From positions 19,530,001-19,594,000 of the forward strand of contig NC_043015.1 of the NCBI RefSeq assembly GCF_006345805.1: a DNA stretch of 64,000 bases. Direction: 5' to 3'. The notes under the pieces were generated by a model, which had not been told where the DNA came from, did no database searches, and saw only the letters and a list, made by a program, of their open reading frames with translations. Positions 1-12,672 of this stretch are shown one piece after another. Numbering within the stretch: the first letter of the stretch is position 1; every line of letters begins with the position of its first letter. The position numbers and the translations under genes were made by a program. This stretch comes from Octopus sinensis (Eukaryota).

Positions 1-1
1 A

Positions 2-30
<29 letters not shown>

Positions 31-34
<4 letters not shown>

Positions 35-215
35 CCCCCACCGTCGCTTAGCAACCAATGCTGGTGTGTTTACGTCCCAGTAACTTAGCGTTTCGGCAAA
101 AAGAAGCCAATAGAATAAGTACTAGGCTTACAAAGAATATGTCCTGAGGTCCATTCGTTCGACTATAAAGGCGGTGCTCCAGCATGGCCGCAGTCAAATG
201 ACTGAAACCAATAAA
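31..215 (+). mobile_element. SINE family A, 3' half
   Basis: Matches the family A tail seen many times in this window (…gatagaataagtactaggcttacaaagaa…ggcggtgctccagcatggccgcagtcaaatgactgaaac); preceded by (TG)n. Confidence 0.85.
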
Positions 216-437
216 AAAGATTTTAAGAAAAAAAGAATATAGACAGTATTGAATGAGAGTTACAAAACTAAGGTATGTCGGCTGTCTGTCTGTCTGTCTG
301 TCTGTCCTGTCCTGTCCTGTCGCCAGGGGTCACGATTAACAGTCGGCAGTATAAGGTATACCACCATCATCATCATAGATATCATGATCAGCAGCAACAC
401 TATCAACGTCTTTATCGTCGACGTCGTCGTCATACAA

Positions 438-440
<3 letters not shown>

Positions 441-489
<49 letters not shown>

Positions 490-492
490 GCT
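441..492. repeat. (CAG)n microsatellite
   Basis: Direct reading; source of the polyQ/polyS/polyL ORFs at 249-568. Confidence 0.95.
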
Positions 493-619
493 TCGACACA
501 GCGAACGTATTGTTGTCAGCTTATATGAAGAGAACTTAGAGGTATTTAGGGCTGACAACACAAGCTAATGGGTCAGGGTGAGACAGCGGGGGCGGAGAGC
601 CGCATACGTAATGCATACG

Positions 620-634
620 TAACACACACACAAA

Positions 635-710
<76 letters not shown>

Positions 711-818
711 GACATTTATACAAACACGTTCGCACCGACACACTGACGGATAATAGATATTTACGAAAAGGAAAACAGACAAATAGACACATAAGAATAT
801 GTGTATGATTTAGTTATA

Positions 819-862
<44 letters not shown>

Positions 863-1044
863 GTATTTGCATGTGTCTGTGTGTGTCAAATTAGTGTTTA
901 TATGTATGTGTGTGTAAAATGAGTGTTTATATGTGTGTATGTGTGTGTGTGTGTGTGTGAAATTAGTGTTTATATGTATGTGTGCGTTTGTGTGTGAAAT
1001 TACTGTTTATATTTATGTGTGCGTTTGTGTGTGAAATTAACGTT

Positions 1045-1084
<40 letters not shown>

Positions 1085-1335
1085 GTGTGTGTGTGTGTTG
1101 TGTGTGTGTGTATGTGAGTCTGAAATTAGTGCTTATATGTGTGTGTATATGTGTGTGAAATTAGTGTTTATGTGTGTGTGTGTGTGTGTCTGTGTGTGAA
1201 ATTAGTGCTTATATGTGTGTGTGTATGAAATTAGTGTTTATATGTGTGTGTGTATGTATGTGTGAAATTAGTATTTATATGTGTGTGTGTGTGTGTATGA
1301 AATTAGTGTTTATATGTGTGTGTGTGCGTGTGTAC
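620..1335. repeat. (CA)n tracts followed by a TG-rich compound minisatellite with core GAAATTAGTGTTTATATG
   Basis: About 11 copies of the core between ~886 and ~1320 separated by variable (TG)n. Confidence 0.9.
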
Positions 1336-1839
1336 GTGTGTGTAAACGTACACATGCATAAACACCAGACACACAAACACTTCATGCGTTAGTGACTTCG
1401 GCTTTGTTTCCTAACAGCTTGATAACCGATGCTGGTTAATTTACGTCACTTGTCTCTGTAGTGACTTATCAGTTTGGGCAACAAATGTGCCTTAAAAATA
1501 TTTAATGAGGATAATGGCGATATCATCGACCAAATCTTTGAAGGTGGTGCCTCAGTAGTTAAGAAGAAAAAAAACTATATATACATGTGTGGTGTGTGTG
1601 AATACATACGTTTATGTAGAGAGAGAGAGAGGGAGAGAGAGGGAGAGAGAGAGAGAGAGAGAAGAATGTGAAACAGTTCAACATATTTTTGCTTCACAAG
1701 CCAACGTCACGTATTTCTTTCTGTCAGATTATGTCACAGAACCGGTTCTTCTACATTAAGCTTCGACCTCTGACTGAATAAATCTGTAAGATTTGATCGG
1801 GTTTAACAATTACGGCAACATTCACACTGCTTATAACGA

Positions 1840-2052
1840 TACATAGACAGACAGATAGACAGGCACACACACACACCACACACACACACACACAGCCAAG
1901 AAGCTGGATAGAGAGACGGACAGACGGACAGAAGACAGCTAGCCAGACAGATAAACAGACCACAAGAGAGATAGAAAAACAGACAGCTAGACAGAGAAAC
2001 AGACAAACAGACAGACAGACAGAGAAACAGACAGACAGACAGACAGACAGGC

Positions 2053-2084
<32 letters not shown>

Positions 2085-2150
2085 TGGCGGACGGACGGAC
2101 GGACGGACGGACAGACGGACGGACGGACGGACGGACAGACGGACGGACAA
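1840..2150. repeat. (GACA)n/(GGAC)n compound microsatellite
   Basis: Direct reading. Confidence 0.9.
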
Positions 2151-2159
2151 AGGTAAATA

Positions 2160-2580
2160 CCAGGCAGCTACCAGAATGAATACTATCAACGATTCCGTCT
2201 TCAGAAACGTGACAATCTTCACTTCTCACTTCTAGCAAGGATATCCACCAAAGTAAACATCGTATGTTCATATCTTCTGCTCTTCGAGAATTTACACTGC
2301 TCCATTTCAAAGTAATTCTCGGCTGATCTTTGAAACGCGTCTCTGGTCTTCTCTAGCCAGGCGTTGACCATATCGTAGCTGATTGTAACAAGTCAGAACT
2401 ATTAGAATGGATTTAATGTACCCGATATGGGTTCGGCGGTGGACTTCTGTGTTCGTAATCCTACTTCGTCAGGGTAACTGGAAAAGTCTTTCCAGAAGTC
2501 TCGACAGTTGACACATTAAAAACCTGAAGATTTTTTGACTTCCAGCTTCTTATTAGGTCAGCAGTATGTGGTCCACGCCT
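2160..2580 (-). mobile_element. Decayed LINE fragment, RT C-terminal region, RTE-like
   Basis: Manual minus-strand translation RLLERLFQLP*RSRITNTEVHRRT…QLRY…RLAREDQRRVSKI resembles the RTE thumb region (W.DRITN.EV.RR…QLRW.GH..R); several stops. Confidence 0.55.
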
Positions 2581-2689
2581 CTCATTAATGCACATACATT
2601 TGTTTCATCAGTATTTATTCTATTGATTTGGCGTTTAACGATGTTTGTAATAATTGAGATCTTAAATAATGTGGATATATTTTTATAAT

Positions 2690-5225
2690 GTTTATTTGCC
2701 AATTTAGGTGTGGTTGTTTCCTTCGTCTTTCTTGCGTCGGCCTCACACGACGAGGCTCGAATGCGCTCTCAACGTTGAGATGCAGCAGCTGCCTCTTCTC
2801 AGTTGCGCGGCAGCAGCCATCTACTACACCCTCAGATGTGAGTCGGAGGGGATGGGCTTCGCTAGATCCCTCTTAAGATTCCGAAAGTGATCCGAGTACT
2901 CGTAGCCGACGACCTTGTATCCTCAACTGGAAAAACCCTGGACTCTGGTGGACCTAGAGATTAGGAACGACTGTTTTACTTTGCTCTCCTCGCCCTTGGT
3001 CTCCCCAAAACCGTTGGCGATCGAGATGGCCTGTCGGCAACGGCCTTGGTCCGGGCCAATATCTCGGCCTTGGTCCGGGCCATACCCCGCGTGTCCGAGT
3101 ATGCAACACTCCGCTCATTCGTGCGCCTGCAGTCTTCTACCCCTGACGCTAGCTTAAAGCCTTTATCCTATCGTTGGGCAATGTCTTCCGGAGGCTCGTG
3201 GCCAAGCTCACCTGCAGATCTATCACCCCTGAACTTGGTGAGGAACTCAGCCCGGTGCAGCGGGAGCCGAACACGCCGCTAGAGAATTCTTCGATGACCG
3301 TCCCCCTCAGCTGACATCGAGCGATTCCAAGCACCTCATTGTCAAGCTTGACATGAAAAATGCATTCAACTATCTGTGCCGTGACAACATGCTTCAGGCC
3401 TGCTTCAGCCGTGACATGTCGGTCTACCCACTGTCTTACATGTCGTACGGATCTCCGAACATACTCCTCACCTCAGAGAATGTCATACTATCTTCAACTG
3501 ATGTTCAACAAGGTAATCCATAAGGCACCCTCCTGTTCGCTCACGAGGTGAACAGCATTGTTCGAAGTATCTCGACTTCTTTCAACATCCGGTACCTGTT
3601 AGAGAGTGCCTGTCACGATCTCTGGTCCGTGGTTTCCGCTCTGGCAGGGATCGACCTCGAGATTAACTCGTCCCAGTCGGAGGTCGAGAACGTCAATCAC
3701 GAAAGCAGAGGGCTTCGCAACCACCGTCACGGGCATGCGTTCATTATTTCATCAGGTACAAGTGACTTTAAAAAAGAACGTCCTCATTTTCGGTTCACTG
3801 ATCCTCCTGCCTGCCCTTCGCTCCACCCTCAAGTCTAGGCTTCGCCAGTTTGAAACACTGGCGATCAAGCTGAATGTGATCGGCACCCATCCAGCTCTGT
3901 TCCTGTTAAGGAACTGCTTCACCATACCGAAGTTATTGTATATACTCCACAGTGACTCTTGCTACAGTCACGCATCTCTCCTCATAGGTTTCGACGCCCG
4001 TATCCAAGTGAAATGCAACGCTTGATTTGACGGCACTGGGTAGCAAGAAGTCACCTTACCCGTCAAATATAACGGGCTTGAGTTCCGATCTCACTGGTTC
4101 TGCCGGTTCTTCTCTCATCGGCGGCCTCAACAGGGTTCTCCACAACATAACTGAAACTACTGAGATCGGAGAGCGCGAGGTGGCCTACGATACATGGAGT
4201 TAGCTCGGCCTGCACCCTGCGGACGTCCATCCCCATCTCCCCTCTGTGGACGTCCGGTTCTCCCGAAACAAACGAGACCCCATCCAGTGTAACGTGATTT
4301 CGGACGAGTTAGTACGCCGACTTTTAACTGACACAGTCTGGCATGTTTCCGTTCAGCGTCCAAACCTCACAGAGGAGCCTGGCTCAATGAAGTGCCATCA
4401 ATCGCGATTGGTACCCCGCTCCATACCGACTGTCTGCGCATCAGTGTTACCTTAAGGCTTTGGCCTGCAGATTTGTGAGCCTCACAAACGCCGTTGCGAA
4501 TCCACTGTGGGTCCTTTCAGCTTCCACCCATGGTTATGCTATTATAGTGCTAGCTACCGCCAATGCCATGTCGTTCTTAACGAGACCATAAGGTATGGCC
4601 TGGACGCCGTAGGTTTCCCTTTCCAGCACGATCCAGCGGAGCTAGACCAAGGTAGTGATAAAAGGCCTGACGGTATGACAATTTTCCAGTTCCGTGGTCT
4701 TAGGCCTCTCATCTAGGATGCCACTTGCTGTGACACCTTCTCCAGCGGCAACTTGGTGTGTTCAGCTACCATCACAGACTCTGCTGTTCCTTCGGCCGAG
4801 AAGAGCAAACAGTCAAAATATCGACAGCTCTCTAACGGGTTTAGGGTCAAGCCTGTAGCAGAGAACACCACCGGTGTTCTCAGCCCCGGACCATATCCCT
4901 GGTCACCACCATCGGAGCGGAGGTAGTTATCCGCAAGAACGAGCCCCGCAAGTCAGAGTGGTGGTAATAGTGCATTTCCCTCACCATCCTCCGGGGCAAC
5001 GCTATCTCTATTTTGTCTGCTTGGAGTATGAGGCGATCTGACAAGCCTTTTTAGATATTTCTCTGCTGTGAGGTGAGGAAAGACATGGTGATTTAGGCAG
5101 GGCCTTTCCAATCAATTCATTGAGCATTATTGCTTAAATTAATATGGTAAAGAGTAAAATTATGCCAACGAACGATTTCAATACAAAATAATTATGCCGC
5201 GATACTGAATCGAAAATTTATTTAT
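2690..5225 (+). mobile_element. Decayed CRE-clade non-LTR retrotransposon (RT plus restriction-like endonuclease)
   Basis: Across frameshifts: GNVFRRLVAK (~3177-3206), VKLDMKNAFN (3341-3370), VQQGNP*GTLLF (~3503-3538), ALFLLRNCFTIPKLLY, then endonuclease motifs LNETIRYGL…KRPDG…DATCCDT…KQSKY…ILRGNAISIL ending ~5054. This motif order is typical of CRE-clade elements. Confidence 0.85.
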
Positions 5226-5232
5226 ATATATA

Positions 5233-5599
5233 TCTTTATATATAAAAGTCAAGTTGTGTGTCTGTCTCCTACGATTTAGATTCCTAACTACTCCCACATT
5301 TTGCGGTGCAGTTTAACCAAAACCGGCTATCTTATAGTCGTGATTCATATCGAGCCCTTCTGGGTATTAGCGCGCATCTACGATTTAAAAAATAAATTTA
5401 CCATCATTTTTTTTCCATTTTAATGCATTTTTTCGCTATTATATAAGGGAAGTAACTCTCTAAAAATGTCTACGAAGAGTCAACGATTAAAAAAAAATTT
5501 ACCATCATTTTTTTTGCTATTTTTTTGCTATAACTCTCTAAAAATGCTTATATAGTTATTTCCCTTACAAACCCGAGCAACGCCGGGCGATACTGCTAG
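5233..5599 (+). mobile_element. Non-autonomous Helitron
   Basis: A|TC start at 5233, GC hairpin CCCGAGCAACGCCGGG at 5572-5587, CTAG end at 5596-5599 followed by T; internal duplication of 'aaatttaccatcattttttt'. Confidence 0.85.
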
Positions 5600-5654
5600 T
5601 ATATAATATATAAATAATATATATGTGTATATGTATATACATACACATATATAT

Positions 5655-6330
5655 ATATGGATATATGGGTACAGGACGTCATAAACCGTAAACAACATGA
5701 AATACGAAAACAAAAGAGTTGAATACATAAACAACGAGAGAAACAAATGGAAAACAGGACAAGTAACATAAAAAAATGACCTTTCATCAGCTGTCGGCTG
5801 TCCATCTACTCCTCACTTCGAATATTGAATGACAATATGAGTTTTCGAAGGGCAGTTGCTCCCGCAAACCAAAATAAAATTTGGGATTTGCAGAGATCAA
5901 AAGTTGGTGACAAAACCAGGACAGTGGAGACATACAAGGAAACCGAACGAAAACAAACATAGAGGGTCGTTAGACCAGACGAAAATAAAATAGAGAACGC
6001 TGGAGAAACATTCTCTTTGACAAGAGGAAAGATAGAAGAGAGAGACAGATAGGATACGTGCAGTCTTTAAGTCAGCCGTGAAGGAAAAGAAAGCTCATCA
6101 CTTGAGGAAGAGAAAAATGGACGATGGCCACGTGTGAGCAGCGATAAAGAGCGAGTAAAGGAGAAAGAGGGAGAGAAACAGATAGAAAGGAAACGGTGAA
6201 GGGGGAAAAAGGAATTAGAGAAAGGAAGAGAGAGAAAAAGCGATGAGGGAGAGGACGGTAAAGGGTAGAGTCACATCACAATTATTAAGATAAACTTACT
6301 TGGAAATGGATGTGTAGCGTTCAATCAAAT
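5655..6330 (-). mobile_element. ~650 bp interspersed repeat, possibly Penelope-associated (copy 1)
   Basis: Colinear with 60884-61512 (shared blocks tcatcag.tgtc..ctg....atctactcc; cccgcaaa…aataaaatttgggattt; aattattaagataaac…ggatg.gt.gcgttc.atca). Strand and class are inferred. Confidence 0.6.
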
Positions 6331-6654
6331 AATAATATAAATAATATACATTTATGCACATATATATGTATATGTACAAACATACAAACATATATATATA
6401 TAGATATAGATATATGCAAATATGGGCACAGGACGTCACAAACCGTAAATAACATGAAATACGAAAACAATAGAGTTGAATACATAAACAACGGGAACTC
6501 TTTTGTTTTCGTATTTCATGTAGTTTACGATTTGTGACGTCCTCTATCCATATATGCATGTGTGTGTGTATGTGTGTACATATACATATATTATTTATAT
6601 TATTATTTGATTGAATGCCACGCATCCATTTCCAAGTAAGTTTATCTATATAGA

Positions 6655-6694
6655 AAGACAGACAGACAGACAGACAAACAGACAAACAGACAGG

Positions 6695-6751
<57 letters not shown>

Positions 6752-6759
6752 GGATAGAT

Positions 6760-6831
<72 letters not shown>

Positions 6832-6840
6832 CAGACAGAT
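6655..6840. repeat. (GACA)n(GATA)n microsatellite
   Basis: Direct reading. Confidence 0.95.
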
Positions 6841-7479
6841 GAGATACAGATATTCTCCGTATAGAATACACTTCGTAGTGCTCAAGAGATTTAAAATGGA
6901 ACAGGTAGAGGAGTAAATGTGAGGACGAACAAGTAAGGCAAGTCAACACCTAAAATATAATTTTTTTTCCCCTAAAAACAGAAGCTGGTATTATCCGATG
7001 ATAGAATCAATTTACATTTATTATTCTGGACCACCATGACCTCCAGAAACAGCTGTTGGACTCGTAAAACTCTTACTCAACGCCCTTAATTGCTGATATA
7101 ATTTATATATTGTGTAAGTCGGACCTTTTTATATGTAAAGATATGTACATTGTTTTGTATTAAATGTATTTAATATTTTTTGTATACTGACCTGCCTAAT
7201 TATCTAGTCCTTACATTTACTCTTACACACACACACACACAACACACACACACACACACATACATACATTACATACCTATACGCATACACACTCACGTGA
7301 TCGTGTTGATTAGATACCGAAGTATGTTTGCGCATGCCAGTGTAACTGTGGGCACTGAGCTAGAGTTCCACTTCTCACCTCATTCATATCTCTCCCACTT
7401 TCTTTCTTTCTCTCGTTTCAAAACAAATACCAACTACTTCCTAAATTTCTTTGACTTCCTCCCCCTATTTTCATATGTG

Positions 7480-7516
<37 letters not shown>

Positions 7517-7519
<3 letters not shown>

Positions 7520-7712
7520 TTTTACATGTTTCGGTCATTTATCTGCAGCCATGCTGGAGCACCGCCTTTAGTCGAACAAATAGACCCCTCGATTTATTCT
7601 TTGTAAGCCTAGTACTTGTTCTATCGGTGTCTTTTGTCGAGCCGCTAAGTTACGGGGACGCAAACAGACCAACATCGGTTACCAAGCGAAAGTGGTGGAA
7701 GAAACACAGACA
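7517..7712 (-). mobile_element. SINE family A, 3' half
   Basis: Reverse complement of the family A tail, abutting (TA)n. Confidence 0.8.
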
Positions 7713-7866
7713 CACAAACATACAATTTACAAATATATATATATATATTGTTGTATTTAGGAAAGGTCATTTTGCCAGTTTAGCCAATAAAAACACACGC
7801 ACTAAATATTTGGTGTTACTTTGCTTCAGCGTTATTTATTTTTTACATTAATCTTAATCTTATTTC

Positions 7867-7910
7867 GGCCAGAGTTCTTTCGTCACACTTCTGTGACCTC
7901 ATCAGTGGTC
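7867..7910 (-). ncRNA. Candidate minimal type-I hammerhead ribozyme
   Basis: Minus strand: CCA-CTGATGA-G-GTCACA-GAAG-TGTGAC-GAAA-G-AA-CTC-TGG. Intact core, 6-bp stem II, CUC site, 3-bp stem I. Lies within a ~400 bp repeat-like segment (~7748-8140). Confidence 0.65.
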
Positions 7911-9100
7911 CTTTGCTTTCTTCTTTCTTATTTGTGTGTCTCTCCTTACTAACGGTCAGCCATTTTCTATTTTGTATTCCTATTGTATGTGTCTTCATTT
8001 GCGCATGCGTATACCTCTATGTGTGTCTATGTTTAGTTAGTGTGTGTATGGGGGGGAAGTGCCTGTAATATTTGTATCTCCTGTTTATATACGTTCGTGT
8101 AATTTGTTTTTGTTTATTTTTATTTTGTTCATGTTTTTACACCTACTTATTATTATTATTATTATATTATTATTATTATTATTTTAACTATGTCAGAGGT
8201 GGTGCCCCAGCATGGCCGCGGCCTTCGGGCTAAAACATTTAAAAGGATTTTAAGGATTTATATATATATATTCCTTATGTAAATATCGTTGTTTATGTAA
8301 TGATCTAATTATCGTAATTTTCTATATTATTAGATATTAAATTTAAGTTTATTCGTAAGATACTTCTTAGCGATAGATTTATTATTTGATAGCAAGCATA
8401 AGAGGTGTATTAAGTTAGGCTTTTGTATATACATGTTTTAATAGTATTAATTGTAGTTTTAAATTTATAATTAAATTAGATAAACTTTGATAAACTTAGA
8501 TGTTTCGACTAAAGATTGGTCCAGGCCATGTCTAATTTAATAGCATAACTTAGTTATTTCTTTAAATTGATATTCGCTAGTTATTTCCATTGATAATTAT
8601 ATTTATAGTATTTATAGTATTTATTCGATACTATATACTACGAATTGATTATTTCTATAAGTATTTTACATAAGATTTCCGAAAGTTCGTTTAAGTTTGT
8701 TTATTTGTATTTTGAAATTAGCTATTTCATCTTTAAATATGAAAAATTAATTTATTAGGTTTTTATTATATGTGCATATATATTTATTTATAGAGATTAT
8801 TTTAGATCTTAATATTTATATACATTTATATATTTTCATTGATAATTTATATATATTAGTCATTTTTAAATATTTATGTAATTAGATATAGACTAATACC
8901 GATATTAGATTATTGGTGGGTTTCCTACCTTATGAATTAAAATTAATATTTAACATTATAGTCGATTTTGATATAATCATAATTGTTAAGTTTTATGTTT
9001 CTAGTTTGATAATAGAATTTATTATAAGTAAAATTATTATATTATTTATATCTTAAAAATATTGTTTAAATATTTCTGATTATATTTTAGATATTTCAAT

Positions 9101-9172
9101 TAACCTGAAGATTGACTGTAACCATAACTCGAATTATTACGAATTATATAGCCATGAAACGATCGTAGTGTT
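9101..9172 (+). ncRNA. Degenerate hammerhead-like motif with palindromic helix III
   Basis: CTGAAGA (9105-9111), imperfect stem II, GAAAC (9156-9160), palindrome ACGATCGT (9159-9166), GUA site. Confidence 0.45.
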
Positions 9173-9304
9173 TTACTCTTTATCTTTTATTAAACTTTTA
9201 ATACTTTTGATATATATTTAAAATAATATAAATTAATTAATTTTATGTATTGGCTTATGTTTTTCATTGTTTGATTTGCCTAATAGTGGTTTGATCTCTA
9301 ATTT

Positions 9305-9305
9305 A

Positions 9306-9342
<37 letters not shown>

Positions 9343-9446
9343 AACACACATATATATATAACACACACATATATATTTACACACATACACACATATATAC
9401 ACACATACACACATATATATACACACACACACACACATATATACAT

Positions 9447-9477
<31 letters not shown>

Positions 9478-9762
9478 CACACACACACACATATATATAT
9501 ACACACACACACACACACATATAATATACACACACACACACATATATATATATACACACACACACACATATATATATACACACACACACCACATTATATA
9601 TATACACACAACACATATATATATATACACACACACACATATATATATTACACACACACACACATATATATATACACACACACACACATATATACACACA
9701 CACCACACATATATACACACACACACACACATATAACACACACACACACACACATATATAAT

Positions 9763-9806
<44 letters not shown>

Positions 9807-9835
9807 ATGTATAATATTATATTATATATATAATA
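9305..9835. repeat. (TA)n/(CA)n compound microsatellite
   Basis: Direct reading. Confidence 0.95.
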
Positions 9836-9871
9836 TTATAATAATAAATGCGCCCTTTACAAGCCTGTACA

Positions 9872-10080
9872 TCGAGCTGGCAGAATGGTTAGCACGTCGG
9901 GAAAAATGCTTATCTGCGTTTCGTCCGTCTTCGTATTCTGAGTTCAAATTCCGCCGAGGTCGACTTTTCCTTTGACCCTTTCGTTGTCGATAAAATAAGT
10001 ACCAGTTGAGTACTGGGGTCGGTGTAATCGACTGCCCCTCCCCCAAAATTTCAGACCTTGTGCCTGGAGTAGAAAGGGTT
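9872..10080 (+). mobile_element. SINE family B
   Basis: tRNA-like head gagctggcagaatggttagc…gagttcaaattcc (A/B-box-like), central ttt.cctt…gtcgataaaataagtaccag, tail. Confidence 0.85.
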
Positions 10081-11409
10081 ATTTTTGTTATTACTTCTTT
10101 ACTTGTTTCGTTCTAGTAAAGTGCCAAAAGGGTTTAGTCTACCAAATCGCCCCTGTACATTTTTGATTCTCAAGTTTGGGACGTACACTAATGGACTCAT
10201 TTGCAGAACCATCAAGTCACGGGAGCGTAAACAAACTAGCACCGATTGCCAAGCGGGGACGGATAACAAACAGAATAACGCACGCACTAAGACGTATGTG
10301 TGTGCGTGCGCGCGCGTGCGTACACACACATTCACGACGGGCTTCCATAGTCTCTGCTTAGCAAAGAATTGGTCAGTTTAGGACTACAGACGACAATTAC
10401 CCAAAGTGGCACCACACGCACACACACACTGCATTACTATGTGGTCGCTCGATCTCCTTGAAATAGCAACAAAATTGTCCCTCAAATCCACTCTGCGCAG
10501 TCTAAAATACTGCAAGACATACTGAATAATTTTCATGTGTGTGTGAGTGTGTATATTATCTCCATATATAAAAAAAAAAGCTGTGATGGTCACGGCTGGA
10601 ATTCCATAAGCCATCCATATATCAGTTCTATCGGATTAGACCTAAAGTGAAACTTCCACAGAGACAAACACATCAACAGTTTTAAAACTTTCCTCCTCTT
10701 CGTCGTCCTCCTCCTCCTACTCCTCCTCTTTTTAACTTTCCCCCACTCATCTCTCTCTCTCTCTCCCTGTTTTTTCATAATGCTTCTACATACATGGTTT
10801 TTACTTTCTTTTTCATAATCCCCTTACAATCTCTCTCTTTCTTTGTATAGGTATATCTCTCTCCTCTTGCTCCCCCTTTCTTCCCCCTCGTTTATTTCAC
10901 TCACTAATCTCTTAAATAACTCCCTCCCCCTTCTCTGTCTTCCTGCCACTCCATCTCCCACTACCCCTCATTCGTTTATTACAATATTTTCAATATACAT
11001 TCGCGCACGCGCACTCATACAACTTCACTTATTTAGACATATGTAAACACATTCTAATTTAAATATGAATATACACACACACACACCTCAATATAAACAA
11101 CACTAAGTACACACACAAATCAATTGTTCAAATATACACAAACACACACAAAGATACGGGTTTCTGTGCGAGTCTATTTTGACAAACACGAGAGAAAGAA
11201 ACAGACAGAAAAGGAAAGAAAGAAAGAAAATAAAAGGAAGACTGGAGAAAAAGAAAGGCAGGCGGTGGGGTGCGTTAGATGAGACGTGAGACAAGGTGAG
11301 AGAGAGCCCATACTTGAACAGCAAGGAGAATGGGAGAGAGATGTAAGCCAGGTGAGAAGAAAGATGATAGCTGGACAGGTGAGAGAGAGGAAGGAGAGAG
11401 AGAGGAAGA

Positions 11410-11940
<531 letters not shown>

Positions 11941-12587
11941 AGAAAGAGAGGGAGAGAGCCACAATACCTTAACAGCAAGTTCAACGAGAGAGAGAGAAAG
12001 GTGGGGTGTAAACCAGGTGAGATGACAGAGTCTAGCTGGACAGGTGAGTGTGTGTGTGTGAGAGAGAGAGAGATGAGAAGAAAGGAGAAATAGGCAGATT
12101 TATAGATAAATAATGAGAAAGAAAGATACACCATACCTGAACAGCCAGGTGAAAAAGAGAGAGAGACAGGCAGACAGAACGAGTCGTGAGAAGGCCAAGT
12201 TGACGAAGTAAGAAATCTCAGAAATGATATAAGAAAGATAATGGAAAGGAATTAAAGAAAAAAGAAAGAAAATACGGTCAGAGGTATTGCTTTTGTAATT
12301 CTTCATACACACGCACTTACATAAGTATGTACTCGTGCACAAATGCAAGAGAAATTTACGGTGAAACTAGAAAAGCGGTTAAATTTTTAAAGTTTACAGA
12401 TAAATGGGGAAGATTTAAAAAAATATAAGAGCGAGAATTTAAACAATATCGTCAGCAGAAACAAGAAATAATTTTTATAAAAAGCTACAAGAAAACTATA
12501 ACGTTAAGCATGATAACAATGACGAAATATGCATGGCCTTAACATGAGAAGGGAATACAACCAGTGAAAAGTTTTTTGCCGGTAAAT

Positions 12588-12672
<85 letters not shown>

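Noticed and set aside
191-208. SINE A tail stem plus GAAAC as a hammerhead
   Set aside because: No CUGANGA precedes the stem.
249-568. PolyQ/polyH/polyS/polyL ORFs
   Set aside because: All frames are open only because of (CAG)n and (CAT)n; no domain or splice support.
886-1320. CRISPR-like repeat-spacer appearance
   Set aside because: Spacers are (TG)n, not unique sequence; eukaryotic context with no cas genes.
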